DNA of 64,000 bases, from contig JAQFVV010000003.1 in NCBI GenBank assembly GCA_028023455.1, positions 15,624,001-15,688,000 of the forward strand, read 5' to 3'. The position numbers were made by a program, and so were the translations under genes. Under the pieces are notes generated by a model. That model was not told the DNA's origin. It saw only the letters and a list, made by a program, of their open reading frames with translations, and did not search any database. Within the stretch, counting starts at the first letter, position 1. Each line of letters begins with the position of its first letter. The stretch is from Epiperipatus broadwayi (Eukaryota; Animalia; Onychophora). Positions 1-12,680 of the stretch are shown in pieces.

Positions 1-1499
1 AACAAAAATAAATAAACAATATAAACTCTGTCCTATAGCAAGTGTATGTTTTTTCGATATGGAACAATAATGAATAAAGTCTTATCTTCATTCCATATTG
101 TAATAAGGATTCTGTTGGTAATCAACCATAATGTAATGTTACTACAGAGGGAGAGTTACCTAAACTTTATTTAATAAGATAAAAAAAAAAAATCTAGATT
201 AACAACTTTCTTCCCCGCATTTTCTTTACTTTAGCTACAATGGACTTTTCCAAGTTACAGAAGTTTGTGTTCCCAAATACAAAAGTAAAAAAAAAGAAAA
301 TACAGAATTCTACAAATGTACACATAATTAAAAAAATATCACACTACAAATTAATACTTTCTTCAAGCTAATTGCCATAATGTTTGCGAATAAGGCAACT
401 AATGTCTCTGATAGATACAGCCTGTCATTGTTCCATTCATGGAAAACCATGCTTTCCTCACAGAAACTCCTCAGTGACATATTCAGAATCATGTTATTTT
501 CATCTCTTCTTGTTGTTTTACTTTCTGAACCCATCTGGATGTTTTAGATGAGGTATTTGATGTTTCAGTAGGCATTACCCACTTGAATATTAAACCATTG
601 CATTCACTATGGTTAGGGATGACAACAGTTAGCCCTACAGCACTATTGAATTAACCGGAAAACATCATTTTGCAGCATATAAACAGTTACAATCTTCTTA
701 ATTCAGTACTTGTTGTTAAACGATTCTTATAATAATAGAATTATTCCATTGTTTATATATAATTACTCTGATGACATTCTAATTTGTTCTTTTATTCATA
801 TTTGAAGAATGGCACAGTCCTTTTTATTTTAAATATCTATTTAAATCAGCTCTATTACTTATTAAAATTGTTTTTGTTTAACTATCGGCTGTAGTTTATT
901 GCAATTTGTTTTACAAGAATCCAACAAATAATTTGAAATGTTCGAATAAGCCATCCTTTTTCTTCACGATTTGAACATTTGATTTTCCAATGTTGTTTTT
1001 ATACAGTCTTTACCTTATTTTAGAATGGTAAAAAGATGATGAAAATGTATTAGGTTTGCTTTTATACTGCTCTCAGCTTCCATTGTCCAATATACTAGCA
1101 TCTTATTTCTTTTTCTATTTCTGTGTTAACCTTATTGTTGCATGTATTACATTAATTATAAGCAAAATAAAATTACATAGTATAATTATGCTTTCATCTT
1201 CCATATTTGGTTACCTAGTGACTGGTTTGACATTAGGTCATTACCATGCTTACTTAGTCCAAGTCTTTTAAAATGAGAATTAAATGAATATAGTATTGCA
1301 TGTGTTGAACATATTAAAAAAATTTCAAATTTTCTGTTATTTATAATCTTTATATTTTTTATAAAATAAATACAAAACAACCATGAGTTAAAATTCTTAC
1401 ATTAAATATTAATTTTCTTTATAAATATATCATAACTGAGTGGTTGGTTCATCTTAATTTAATATTAATAAAAAATGACTGATCATATATCTACTGATT

Positions 1500-1730
1500 T
1501 AGGTGCAGAGTAAGTTATCTATAAATCTTACCAATAATACTAACTAAATCTATATTGGATTGTCTCATGTGCACAATAACTTATCTACAATCCATTGCCT
1601 AAATTATGAATTTCTACTGTGTTGAACTGGATTATATGCAGAGCAAGTTACCTACAATCCACTGCGTAAATAACAAATTTATTATTATATTGGGTTGGTT
1701 TGTGAGTGGGAAAAATTATCTGCAATCTAT
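1500..1730. repeat. Degenerate tandem repeat, about 4 copies of a ~67-bp unit
   Basis: Recurring motif gtgcagagtaagttatcta / gtgcacaataacttatctacaatcc / atgcagagcaagttacctacaatcc / gtgggaaaaattatctgcaatc at about 1503, 1569, 1637 and 1706. Confidence 0.5.
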
Positions 1731-3579
1731 AATATTCTACATCATTTATTCCCTTTATTGTAATATAAAAACTCTTACTTTTTAGAGAACCTCAAGATAT
1801 ATTCATATTCAGTCTCACTGAATGTTCACCAAAACTTATAACTATACTATAACCTTACTGATTAGAAGGTATAAGTAATTAAAAAAACCTATATTCAGCA
1901 TAACATAATCTCTATTTGATTGCATATGATATTATTCTCTTATATATTCTTTTAAATATCTCCTCAAATACTTACTATATACTAATAATAACTGAGTTTA
2001 GTTAAAAATCTTAGATTAATTCGCTGTGCATTTTGTAATGTAATCTTGATATTAATATTTTTTATTCTAGTATTGCATTTACTGATTGGCTCACTTTATT
2101 TACTTTAAAATATTTTTATTTTGTCAAAATTCTTCATTGATTAACGTATTCTTCTATTCATATACACACATCTACAGTTGTTATTAATACCAACTAATAT
2201 TTTAAATGTCTCAGTTTTTGTATATATTTGATTTCCTATTTATGTTATTAAATTATTTAACGTATTAATTGACATTCTATTCATAAATTATTAAAGAATA
2301 ATTATAATAACTTGATCTGTTTTACATTTATTAAACCTTTTTTTCATACTAATATTTTAGTTTTTAATTTGAAACAATGAAACGACAGATTAACTATTAA
2401 TGTGCCTATAATTCATTTAAACATTGTGACAGATTTCTTTTTTTAATTTTTTCTTCATAGTTTTAATGAAAACCAAGAAAGAGTGGATAATTAATATAAT
2501 GATTTAAAAAGAGAATTTTTAAAAAAAATATTGTCATATAACGCATTTTATATACACAAATTATTCCATTTCCAATATATCGTTTTCTTAGCACATCATA
2601 TACAATCAAAAATATTTAATAAAATGTAAAATACACTTTTAAATAATTATAATAAAAATATTATATAAAGTACTTCTCAAAAATTAATTGAGAGAATGAA
2701 ATTACTTTTATATGTCCTTAAATTTTAAAAAATGAAGTCACAGTTTGTGCTTACTTTCTTAAGGCAATTTTTGGGTTATAATTGGAAACTTCAATAAAAA
2801 TATTTTATTTTGAATCTACGGTTTTAATCACGCTGTTGTAATTTTGTCACATTTTAGTATGCATACGATATTTAAAAAAAACATTTTATGCACTAGTATT
2901 TTATTGCAGTTAAAACTATTTGTTTTTGAGGGATGTTGGGAAATGCTCTTTTAGAAAAAGCTTTTCTAATCATTTATAGCTTACATAGTTTGTTGATATG
3001 GTGACAAATTATATCAGATATGTAATTCACACTTAAATAATTCTGATTATTTACTTTTTTATAGTGACTGGAATTATTTAAAGAGAAAAGTATGTGTTAG
3101 AATAGATTTGGAAACAGCTTGCAGATAACAGACTTCTTGGTTTTACTCCTATATTATTTATTTCCTTGGCATAAAACCTGTTTAGATATGGCATAGGAGT
3201 TTCAAAGCATTTTCTTGGACACTTACAATGACTATCAGTTTAGGATTTCTGAATGGATCTAGATACAATATAACATTTCCTTGCATACTTTTGTTAATAA
3301 TCTCACACTTTATGATGCTTTAACATAAAACTTATAATTGAAAAACCTTGTGCCCTTTCTTTATATTTTTTTTATGTGAGAGTTTTCAAGTTTAAAAATG
3401 TTCTCTTAATGTAGATTTTGCATATTTCCCTATATCTACTACCATTTCTATTGTCATAGTGTTTAATCCTCTTCTTTTTCTTATTCAATCTACATATTGA
3501 CATATTCAATTTTACATCCATCATTGTATACCAATTACTCAAAATATATGTTTTTTTAATAAATCATATATATATATAT

Positions 3580-4198
3580 TGTAACCTTTTTCTAATGGAG
3601 ATGGGATATGAGTAAGAGGGAGAGAGAGATAGAGAAAGATATAAAGAAGAATATAGAGTAAAGGAAAGAAAATGATAAAGATAAATGATGAAAATGAAAT
3701 GAGAGAGAGGCCAATTGTAACCTTTTGATAATGGAGATGGGATATGAGTAAGAGGGAGAGAGAGATAGAGAAAGATATAAAGAAGAATATAGAGTAAAGG
3801 AAAGAAAATGATAAAGATAAATGATGAAAATGAAATGAGAGAGAGACCAATTGTAACCTTTTGATAATGGAGATGGGATATGAGTAAGAGAAATAATGAT
3901 AATGGTAAAGATAAATAAATGATGGAAAAGAAAAGAATTGAGAGGGAAAAGAAATGAGGAAAAAGTAATAGAAATGATATATATAATGGAGAGAAAGAAG
4001 AAATGAAATAGAGAAGAAATGAGATGGTGGGAAAGATATGAAATAAGAAATGTAAGAAGAAGATGGAACTAGAGGAGAGATAGAGAAATGAAATGAGATG
4101 ATAAAAGAAATGACATGAAAGGAAATGGAATATAATTGAAATGATATAAATGAACTATAAATTAGAGACTCTAAACGACTCGGCTCAGTGGGGTTACA
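3580..4198. mobile_element. Solo-LTR-like element (TGTAACC...GGTTACA), purine-rich, next to a (TA)n tract
   Basis: Starts TGTAACC (3580) and ends GGTTACA (4198), a 7-bp terminal inverted repeat with TG..CA ends. Flanks atat/ataa are an imperfect 4-bp TSD. No coding sequence. Confidence 0.45.
3581..3890. repeat. 136-bp tandem repeat, about 2.3 near-identical copies
   Basis: gtaacctttt..taatggagatgggatatgagtaagag restarts at 3581, 3717 and 3853. Confidence 0.9.
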
Positions 4199-5664
4199 AT
4201 AAATTTAAAGAAAAGAGATGATGATCCAAAGATATATAATCAAACAAAGGTTAAATCCAAGATTGATGAACTATAATTACTGAAGCATATTTATATTTTA
4301 ATAAACCATATAAAAGATTGTCTAAATTACTAATCAATGCTTACTATATTAGTCCTACTAATAGATTACACACTCTCTGAATAAGACTTATGATGCTTTA
4401 CTTTATAAGATTATCTTACAAAATTATATTTACTAAAACAACAAGAGTAAATAACCTCAGGGATTTTAAAACTAACACTCTTGTTTAAAATCAATGTTTA
4501 AGTTAAGTTGCCTAATAAAGGATTACTGTAATTAATAAATGAATAAGTTACATCTTAGCTGACCATAAAATCATTATAATATGTTCAATCTTAAAATAAT
4601 AAACAAAATAAATATTAATTCACAAAATTTAATGGATCAATTTAAATTTAATTAATAATGACCAATTATCTAAGATATTACTTGAGCAAAGAAAGAGCAA
4701 GGGTACTTTTAATGCCATTCCCTACTCACAGACAACCACTAAAGACCTCAAATGCAAATGGATTAGAATTCTTTAAATATATAAGATTTAAGATGATGAT
4801 AGATGATGCGCAGTAAATATAAGATAATGTGCAGCTTTTAAAATAATATTAGTTAAAATATCATTCCAAAGTACTAATATTGTTAATCTGATATTGCATA
4901 ATCTTTAATCTGAAAAGATATACTGATAATTTAAAAAAAAAAAAAACTTTTAACTAAGTATTTAATTATGTATCTGCTATAATTCAATTATCTATATCTG
5001 TGATTCAATATGAGAATCATTTACTTTAACATAGCTTGTTAATTTTCAAGACAATATCAATTATATTTATGTAACTTAGAATATACTTGTACATGTTTGA
5101 ATTGAAGATTCATTAAATTTAAAATTTAAGTCTTTGTGAACTTGGAACCCAAGACAATAATGTATTTTCATATAAAAGCAACACAAACAAACAAAACTTT
5201 TGAAATAATAATCATTTGATTTATTAATACTGAGAAGAAATGTTTTTTTTTTTTTTTATATAGTGGAATACAAACAGTGTCAATACCGCACTAAGGTTTT
5301 ATACAATTATTTGGATTAATGAATATTATTATTGTGTCATATAATAATTAGAATAACACACAGAACTATGTTTATTTTTAAAAACTTAAGCTTAATTTTG
5401 TGCTCCTCAACTTAACAAACGCTAAGTTGGGGCAAGCATATTCAACAATACTTTTGAAAATATCATCACTAGTTTCACGGATATAACTAATATATCAGCT
5501 AGATATATCTTTAAATCAGGTTAAGCTAATACTAAATTAAACTAACTTAAATGTATGGGACAGTCATTCATCAGAGATAAGTTATATATATATATTTTAA
5601 AATAAATCTAGTCCACATAAAATTATTCCCTCAATGTTTTAAAATAATTTTGTAACAGACTTAC

Positions 5665-5682
5665 AAATCCAGCGGCGAAATT
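5665..5682 (-). CDS. Candidate 18-nt micro-exon of an unidentified minus-strand gene
   Basis: Minus strand reads gttttcatccAG|aatttcgccgctggattt|GTAAGT. Strong splice signals, CpG-containing in a CpG-poor background, open in all three frames. Confidence 0.3.
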
Positions 5683-6959
5683 CTGGATGAAAACATTAAA
5701 TTATTATGTGTGAATTGCCATTTATACCATATGCATATTTAATATACTTTAAAATAAATATAGCTTATTGTTGGTTAGCTTGTGCTTGATAAAACTATCA
5801 TAGCCACAATTCAAACATTGATATACCCATGAGCCATAAATTAGCTACAACTACCTGAAGAAATACATTTCCTCAAACAAGCATATCTTGTCATCACAAA
5901 TTTAAAACAAATGCAACATCACCTACTGTGGTGGAATTATCATTAAATCATCATGAATGATAGGCAAAAATATAAAGATACTAGGCTCCTCAGAGCTAGA
6001 AAAGAATATGGTGGCTCCCAAAATACCTAACTTCGAGGCAAAAATAACGATGTCTGGAATTTATCTTCAGTACATCTGGAAACAGGGACACCCACCATGA
6101 AAAGCACAATCCTCTCATGGGATTTCCAATGCTTATAATTGTGATTGTCATCACTGAAAAATACAATACAATACCCTCTTTTAGAGATAAGCACTATCAA
6201 ATCATGGAAATACAATACAATAAGGATGGAGGATTTACTCGACTCCATAAGGCATATTCAAAATTATAACTAGGCCTAACTCTTGAGGCTAACCAATTCT
6301 AACTAATAGCAAGATATATACTTCACTTAAATAACTAAGCTATTTCCAAGAAATTTATAAAATACAAACGTATATCTAATGTTCGAACCAACAAAGCAAA
6401 TTATGTGTCAACTGACTACGGTAGAAAATACTTTAAACTTAAATGCATATAAAATTCTAGGCAAGGCACAATGCACACATAACAAAATATTAAATGCTAA
6501 AAATATAGTAACTAATGGACTTTTAAAATTGTAAATTACATGCAAGAGTATTTACTTCTCGCTGAATATAAAATATTTGTAATTATTCTTAATATAACAT
6601 TCATAAAACAAATGACAGGATATTCTCTGATAAACTTCTTTAGTAAATTTAAAATAAAATTGATTAAAACATCCCATTTATATGAAAATAAGACTGTGAT
6701 ATTTAAATCTCTATGATAAAATTATTAAATAGAAACTAGTTAGTGTAATGCTTGATAAATAAACTAAATCTACTTAAGAATGGCAAGAAACATTTGCTCA
6801 TTCAGATAAACCTATTTCGTTTTAAAATTATAACCCTAGTTTACCTGTATATTTATGCAAACAGTGTTACATACAAATTTAATAGCATACATATTTTTAT
6901 GGTTTCATTTTTTTTTTTTTTTAACCAATAAAACAAACAATATAAAAAAATAAATAATA

Positions 6960-8640
6960 TACATTAACTTAAGTTCATATTTCGGCTCCGTGATGATTTT
7001 TTTTCCATTTCATAATGTGTAGACAATTTATCCAGGTTTAGATATCTATTTGAATTCGAAGCTTCAATTAATACATTTATATACATGGCAATCATTTCCA
7101 AACGAAAATGTTCAGTAATTCTTTATATAAACACATTCACTTTCTTTTATCTTCAAAGATAATTTTAAATATTAAAACAATAAAACATCGTAAGCATAAC
7201 ATAAGTTGGCATTGGAAAATAAATTATTCAACTGAGTAGCATAAGTATAATAAGCATAAGTATAAATAAAATAGGCCGGCATTGAAAACAATAAATTCTT
7301 CAGCTAAGTACATGTTTTATATTTATAATCCTAGGTTCAAACGTGAAATAATTACAATATATATTTTAAGTTCACTTTCACGGTTCTTCTTTCGATAAAT
7401 GCATTTTTTTTTTTTAAACAAATTTCCTTTTATTTATTTCTAAACATAAGAGTAGACTTTATTTATAATTAGGGACGCTCCTTGGTTTATGTGCTACGAT
7501 CAACGGTCATAAAGTTACTTATAAGTACGGGCAATTATACCCAAACATTATGCATTTGATAAAGATAAGTTCATTAATAATTTTTTTTTTTATTCTTTTA
7601 AAGTTTTACTTCCAAACAAATTCTTTTCATCTTATTGGCATAAACGAGAATTAGCATTTTAAAATACATATTTTCTTCTTAACTACTATTCTTTTAAGAG
7701 TATATTTACATGTATACAGCATGTATTATAATGCGGTATTAAATTTGATGTCACTTCCAACTTATACAGACGATAACGCAATTTCCATGTTAATATTTTA
7801 AAATGTTTGAATTTTTTTTTTTTTTTGATAGGATATATACTATAATTTAGTGCAACAAAGTCTTTAGCCATAACAATACCTAATAATCCAAGTTTTACCC
7901 TCAAATGAAGAAAATTGAATATAATAAAAGTAACTGATATATGGGACGCTGTATTTTTTTTCTTTAAACATTTTACCGTAAATTTTAATATCTCAACTGT
8001 ACTGAAAAACTGTCAGAAAACGGAATTACCTTTCTTTTAGCCCTTCTTCATGGCAAGACGTTTTTTTTTAAATAGTTATTTTAAACATACTTTTTTTTTT
8101 TTTAAAAAAAAAATATAAAGTTTTAAAAATTTACTTTTGTTAAAGGACTTTTAAGATTCAGCCACAGGTAGAATTAATAACAGATCAGCCACTGAACTCC
8201 CTTTAGATCTCCGTTTTCTCACAATTCTTCACCCCCCCCCCTTTTACAGTTTATTTACAAACCAATAAAAACTATTTTTTTATTAAATTTACATATTCCA
8301 ACAAACTAGCTATAGAATCGATCCAATGACACAATCAATATCATTTTTTTTATACCACGTGACAGCTACCAAGTCAAAATTTTATTATTAACAAATATTA
8401 TATAACAAATGTTTTGTTATTTAATAATATTTTACAATTCCCTCGTAAAATTTAAAATCATACACTTTATTAAACCCATAAATTATTTCATTGAAATAAT
8501 TTTATCCACACATTTGTTTTATTTACCTATTTTAAATAATATTGGAATTAATTTTTTTTTTTTATTTATATTATCCTTGCAGGCATAGACATATTCTCAC
8601 ATAGAAACGCAGACGATAAACGCCAGCTGATAATTTAAAA
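6960..8640. promoter_or_regulatory. CpG-retaining region, candidate (possibly bidirectional) promoter
   Basis: Visibly more CpG than the flanks. E-box CCACGTGAC near 8355, ATCGAT (DRE-like core) near 8318, CCAAT motifs, long poly-A/T tracts. Lies just upstream of the first recognised plus-strand exon. Confidence 0.4.
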
Positions 8641-9339
8641 GTTATTTTTAAAATTGCAACAATGTTAAACTACAAAACTAATAACAAATATTCTTTTTTT
8701 TTTTTTTTAATAAAAACTTATATCATTTTAAATTTTTTTTTTTTTTTAAATTTATTACTTAATTATTCCGATTTATTTATCATATCTAATTACTATCATT
8801 TAAACATTAGAATGGATTATAAGATAGTTATTTTAGAATACATTTAATATTACTTACAAACTGACAATTATTTCTAATATCTTTCTTTTTTAAAATTTAA
8901 ATTATTATTTAGCCTTTCTTACCAACCTAACTCATATATTTTTTCAAATACTTAAACATAATTCTAGTTATTAATTAATTTAATTTTCATTTTTATCATT
9001 ATTATTCTTTTTTTTTTAAAAATCAGACAATTTCAAGCCAAAAGGTTAAGCTAAGATAACCTTTAGCTCCTTTTGGAACCAAGGGAAACTTTAGTTAAGT
9101 ACAATATATATATATGATTCATCCAAAGTTATAAAAAAATTTTGAAGTTCTTTTCTATTTTTATCTTTGCTCACTTTATCTTTAATAATAATACTTTTTT
9201 ATTATCCAATATAATTTATTTGTCCATAATGCTGTCAGAAATACATAAATAAATAATCAATCAAAATAAGATTGAAATAGATAACTATTAATAATATAAT
9301 ATAGTTGTTAATAATTGTTTATTTTAATCTTATTTTGAG

Positions 9340-9900
9340 TGATTATTTATAAAACTTTTTTTTATTATTTCATTTTTTTATAAAAATTTTCACAACCCTT
9401 CTTTGTTAAACTGTGAATTTCATTCATCTTGATTCTATTTTTTTTTTCTTTAAATAACTATCTCATCGACTGTTTGATTTCTTTTTCATTTACATTTGTT
9501 TTTTAACAGCTTTTCAATAATTCTCATATTCCTTTTTTTTTCTTTCATATTTCTAATGTTTTCCTCCATTTTCTTTTAGGAATAATTTTGACTCTAAACA
9601 AACATTTACTGACAGTATTCTTCACTATATTCATCCATTCTTCATTATTTTTAGAATTGTCAACTTTCACATTTTAAACAAAATTAAATCCAATGAATTT
9701 AATATCATCATTTCTTTTCTTTATAATTTCAATTTACTAACATAAAATTATGTCCCTATTACATCCTTTTTTATTTCTTATCAAATATTTTTAAATATTT
9801 CTTATCTTTTCTAATTTCTGTTAATGTATCAATATACAATTAGTAATATACTTCAGATTCTGCATTGATTATGTAATCTCCCATTGCACATTGTATATAA
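9340..9900 (-). repeat. Degraded repeat, related to the copy at ~11390-11750
   Basis: Shares tttcacaacccttctttg / tttcataaccctttttt and ttctattttt..ttaaataactatct with 11430-11550. Minus strand is K/E/N-rich with many stops. Confidence 0.4.
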
Positions 9901-10570
9901 ATTTGAATGTGTTAATTAGATCATTAATGTGCTCATAAGACCTTATTGTTAAATAAAGTATTAGGTGATATATATATGATTCTTAAATATTAGTAGATGT
10001 GGATTTAAAGTTTACAATATACCTTTACATATTGATATTAGAATAATTTCTGTTTAAAAGGTAACAGATAAATAAATTACTACAATCATTGTACTGTTTT
10101 TTTTATTGTTGGTTATCTCTGTTTGTCTCAAGCAAATAACTTAATATATGTATACACATATATACATACACACATATGTATACATACATATTTATTTATT
10201 TTATACTGAAGCATTACAGTATTTATATACATTTTGCAGAAAATGACTGTCACATACAAATTAGACAAAAGCTTACTACTAACACTGTACAATTTTTGAA
10301 TTTTTGTTGCAAGACATTAAAAATACATAGAAATAGATCACATTTAAGATGAATAAATGAAATATGAAAGTTTTCTATTGTAATATAGAGTAGTTATGAA
10401 TTATTGAAAATAGATTATACTTGGAAAGTTCTTAATCATAGAGTGGATTGATAACAACTGATAATGATAATGAATTTTCTCTTACTTGTTTTAAACACAT
10501 ACTATAAATATACAGAAGTGTGTTGTGTTAATTTTAATAATCTCATTATTCTTTAAATATATTGATTTAG

Positions 10571-10971
10571 ATACAAAGAATGGTCATTCTCAGAATAATG
10601 GAAAGGTTAAAAGTTCATCAAAATATTTAGTCAAGTCTTCTGAAGAACAAATATCTAGTAAAACAACTCTAGTAAAACCTCAGGATCTGAGCTTAGATCT
10701 TAAACAAAGAACTTCTTATCCAGCCAAAAAATCAAAGCAGATGTTACCATGTCCAAAAGTAGTAATATTTCAACCCGCTGAAGATTCTCCCAGAACTGAT
10801 CAGCCAATGTCAATTACTTTTGAAAAAGATGCAGCTTCTAATTCTGAATCACCAAAAGAACAAACAATTGAAACAAATACAAACAAAATAAGCAAAAGTA
10901 AAGTATTAGAAGACTATCATAAGCCAAAAGAAACAAATGTGAACAAGCCAGAAGATGTTCATTGGACTGTG
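10571..10971 (+). CDS. Exon of FN3-repeat protein gene: low-complexity K/S/E/T-rich linker (DTKNGHSQ...EDVHWTV)
   Basis: Longest non-TE ORF in the window. Acceptor gatttAG at 10569-70, donor GTG|GTAAGC at 10972. Ends in phase 0, matching the phase-0 start of the 31621 exon. The 5' boundary is less certain. Confidence 0.6.
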
Positions 10972-12199
10972 GTAAGCTATTTACTCATTTAATTTTTTTT
11001 TCTTTATTCTAGCTTTGAATAAGTTAATATAAAGTAGATTCCTATAAGTGACATCTACTAGTTTATAGTGAATTAATAGTTTATTATTATTTTTTTTTAC
11101 AATAATCTAATTCTTATATTCCTCCATACATTTAGAATCTTAGTACTACAAATAATTTTATTTAAGCTTTAGATGATGGAAATAGTCCAATATAAAAATA
11201 CAGATATTTACTAACATTTCAACTGCCATACTATTTGGCCCTCCTATTACTTATCTTCTTGCTTCAATTTCTTTAATAAATCATATTCACTTATCCCATC
11301 CTCCAATCAAGAGCCTATATTACAATCTCACTTAGTATTTTTTGACGATTTTCCTTGTTATCATATTTTTGCCTTTGAACTTAATAATATAATACATTTT
11401 TCTTTATTTGTCTTTGTAACATATTTTTAATTTTTTTCATAACCCTTTTTTCTGCACTGTTAATATTCTCAATTACTTTCATATAAACTTCACCAATTTT
11501 TATTTTAATTCTATTTTAACTTTTTTCCTCTTAAATAACTATCTTATCTAATCTTTATCTTCCTTTAAATTTGTTTTTAATAAACTTTTTATATTTCCTA
11601 CATATAAACTCACTGAATATATTTTTTAAATTCTTTCTTATTCCCATTCTAGTAATGAGAATTTATTCACATTACTGTCAGGTATTTATTGATTATTCAT
11701 GTCTATAGTGATATTCTGGAACTATCAAATTAAAAAAAAAAAAAAACTATTCCTTTAATTATTTAAAAACAACAGAATAAAATGCAACAAATATTATTGA
11801 ATGTTTTTAATAATGGAAATAATTATGTTGTTTGAATTTTTTTTTATAAAACTATTTTTTTGAAATAATATATGATGAAAATTTTTTTTATAATGTAACT
11901 CCAAACATTAAAGCATATTAAAGTTTATAATTAGTCATGCAAAGAAAAAAAAATAACTGAAAAATTATATTAAGAATCAGACAAGAAATAGTCAAGTAAT
12001 AATGAATAAATTATTATCAGTAGCTAATAGCATTCTGGTATATAGATATATCTTTGTGTTTAGCTACATTTTAACATTATATATATATAATACCAAATAC
12101 AATATATAATAAAACCTAAACTGGAGGTAATCTTATAAAACTTATTGTGGCTATAGCTTAAAATTTATTTACGTAATTAAAATGGTTCATAAAGGTTAA

Positions 12200-12680
12200 C
12201 CATAGAATTAAATTTGGATGAATGATTTTGTTGTAAATAACTTTTTAAAGGGTAGCTTTTTAATGAATGTGATTTGCAAACACTTTTGTATGGATTTGAG
12301 TCTTGAACTCTTAATAAAAAAGGATATCAAACCATATATTGAAATATGAAGAGCTGGATATCGAAAATAACAATGAGGAATGGAGAGTAAAATACATAGA
12401 TGAGAAAACAAATAGATATCAGTGTCATCATTCAAAAAATTAAGATGCAGAAATAGTTGGGTTAAATATATCAGTAAGGAAAATGACAATAGGTGAACAA
12501 TTGATGTCTTAAACAAGATCCCAAAAAATTGTAAAATATCTTAAAAGAAACCACATGTGATTTGATGGATTAAATAAAAATGTTTGATTAAATGTAGAGA
12601 AGAAAACTATATATCAGAGAAGCTAGATTAAGTTTGAAAAGACTTTCAATCTCCTGCAAGTGATTTAAAATGGAAAATAT
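12200..12680 (+). mobile_element. Degraded 3' fragment of RTE-clade LINE
   Basis: Frameshifted translation resembling FNEC.L.TLLYGFESWTLNKK...NDNR.TIDVL..IP...KRPH, the same motif order as the better preserved RTE at 46140-47414. Confidence 0.7.

Noticed and set aside
3539-3850. 103-aa hydrophobic minus-strand ORF
   Set aside because: Translation of the pyrimidine-rich strand of the 136-bp tandem repeat.
8583-8640. Strong acceptor tccttgcAG followed by GIDIFSHRNADDKRQLII* as a coding exon of the FN3 gene
   Set aside because: In-frame stop and no convincing donor; at most a UTR exon.
9027-9044. 18-nt plus-strand micro-exon (DNFKPK) in phase with the 10571 exon
   Set aside because: Phase-compatible, but no upstream coding exon could be linked; too easy to obtain by chance.
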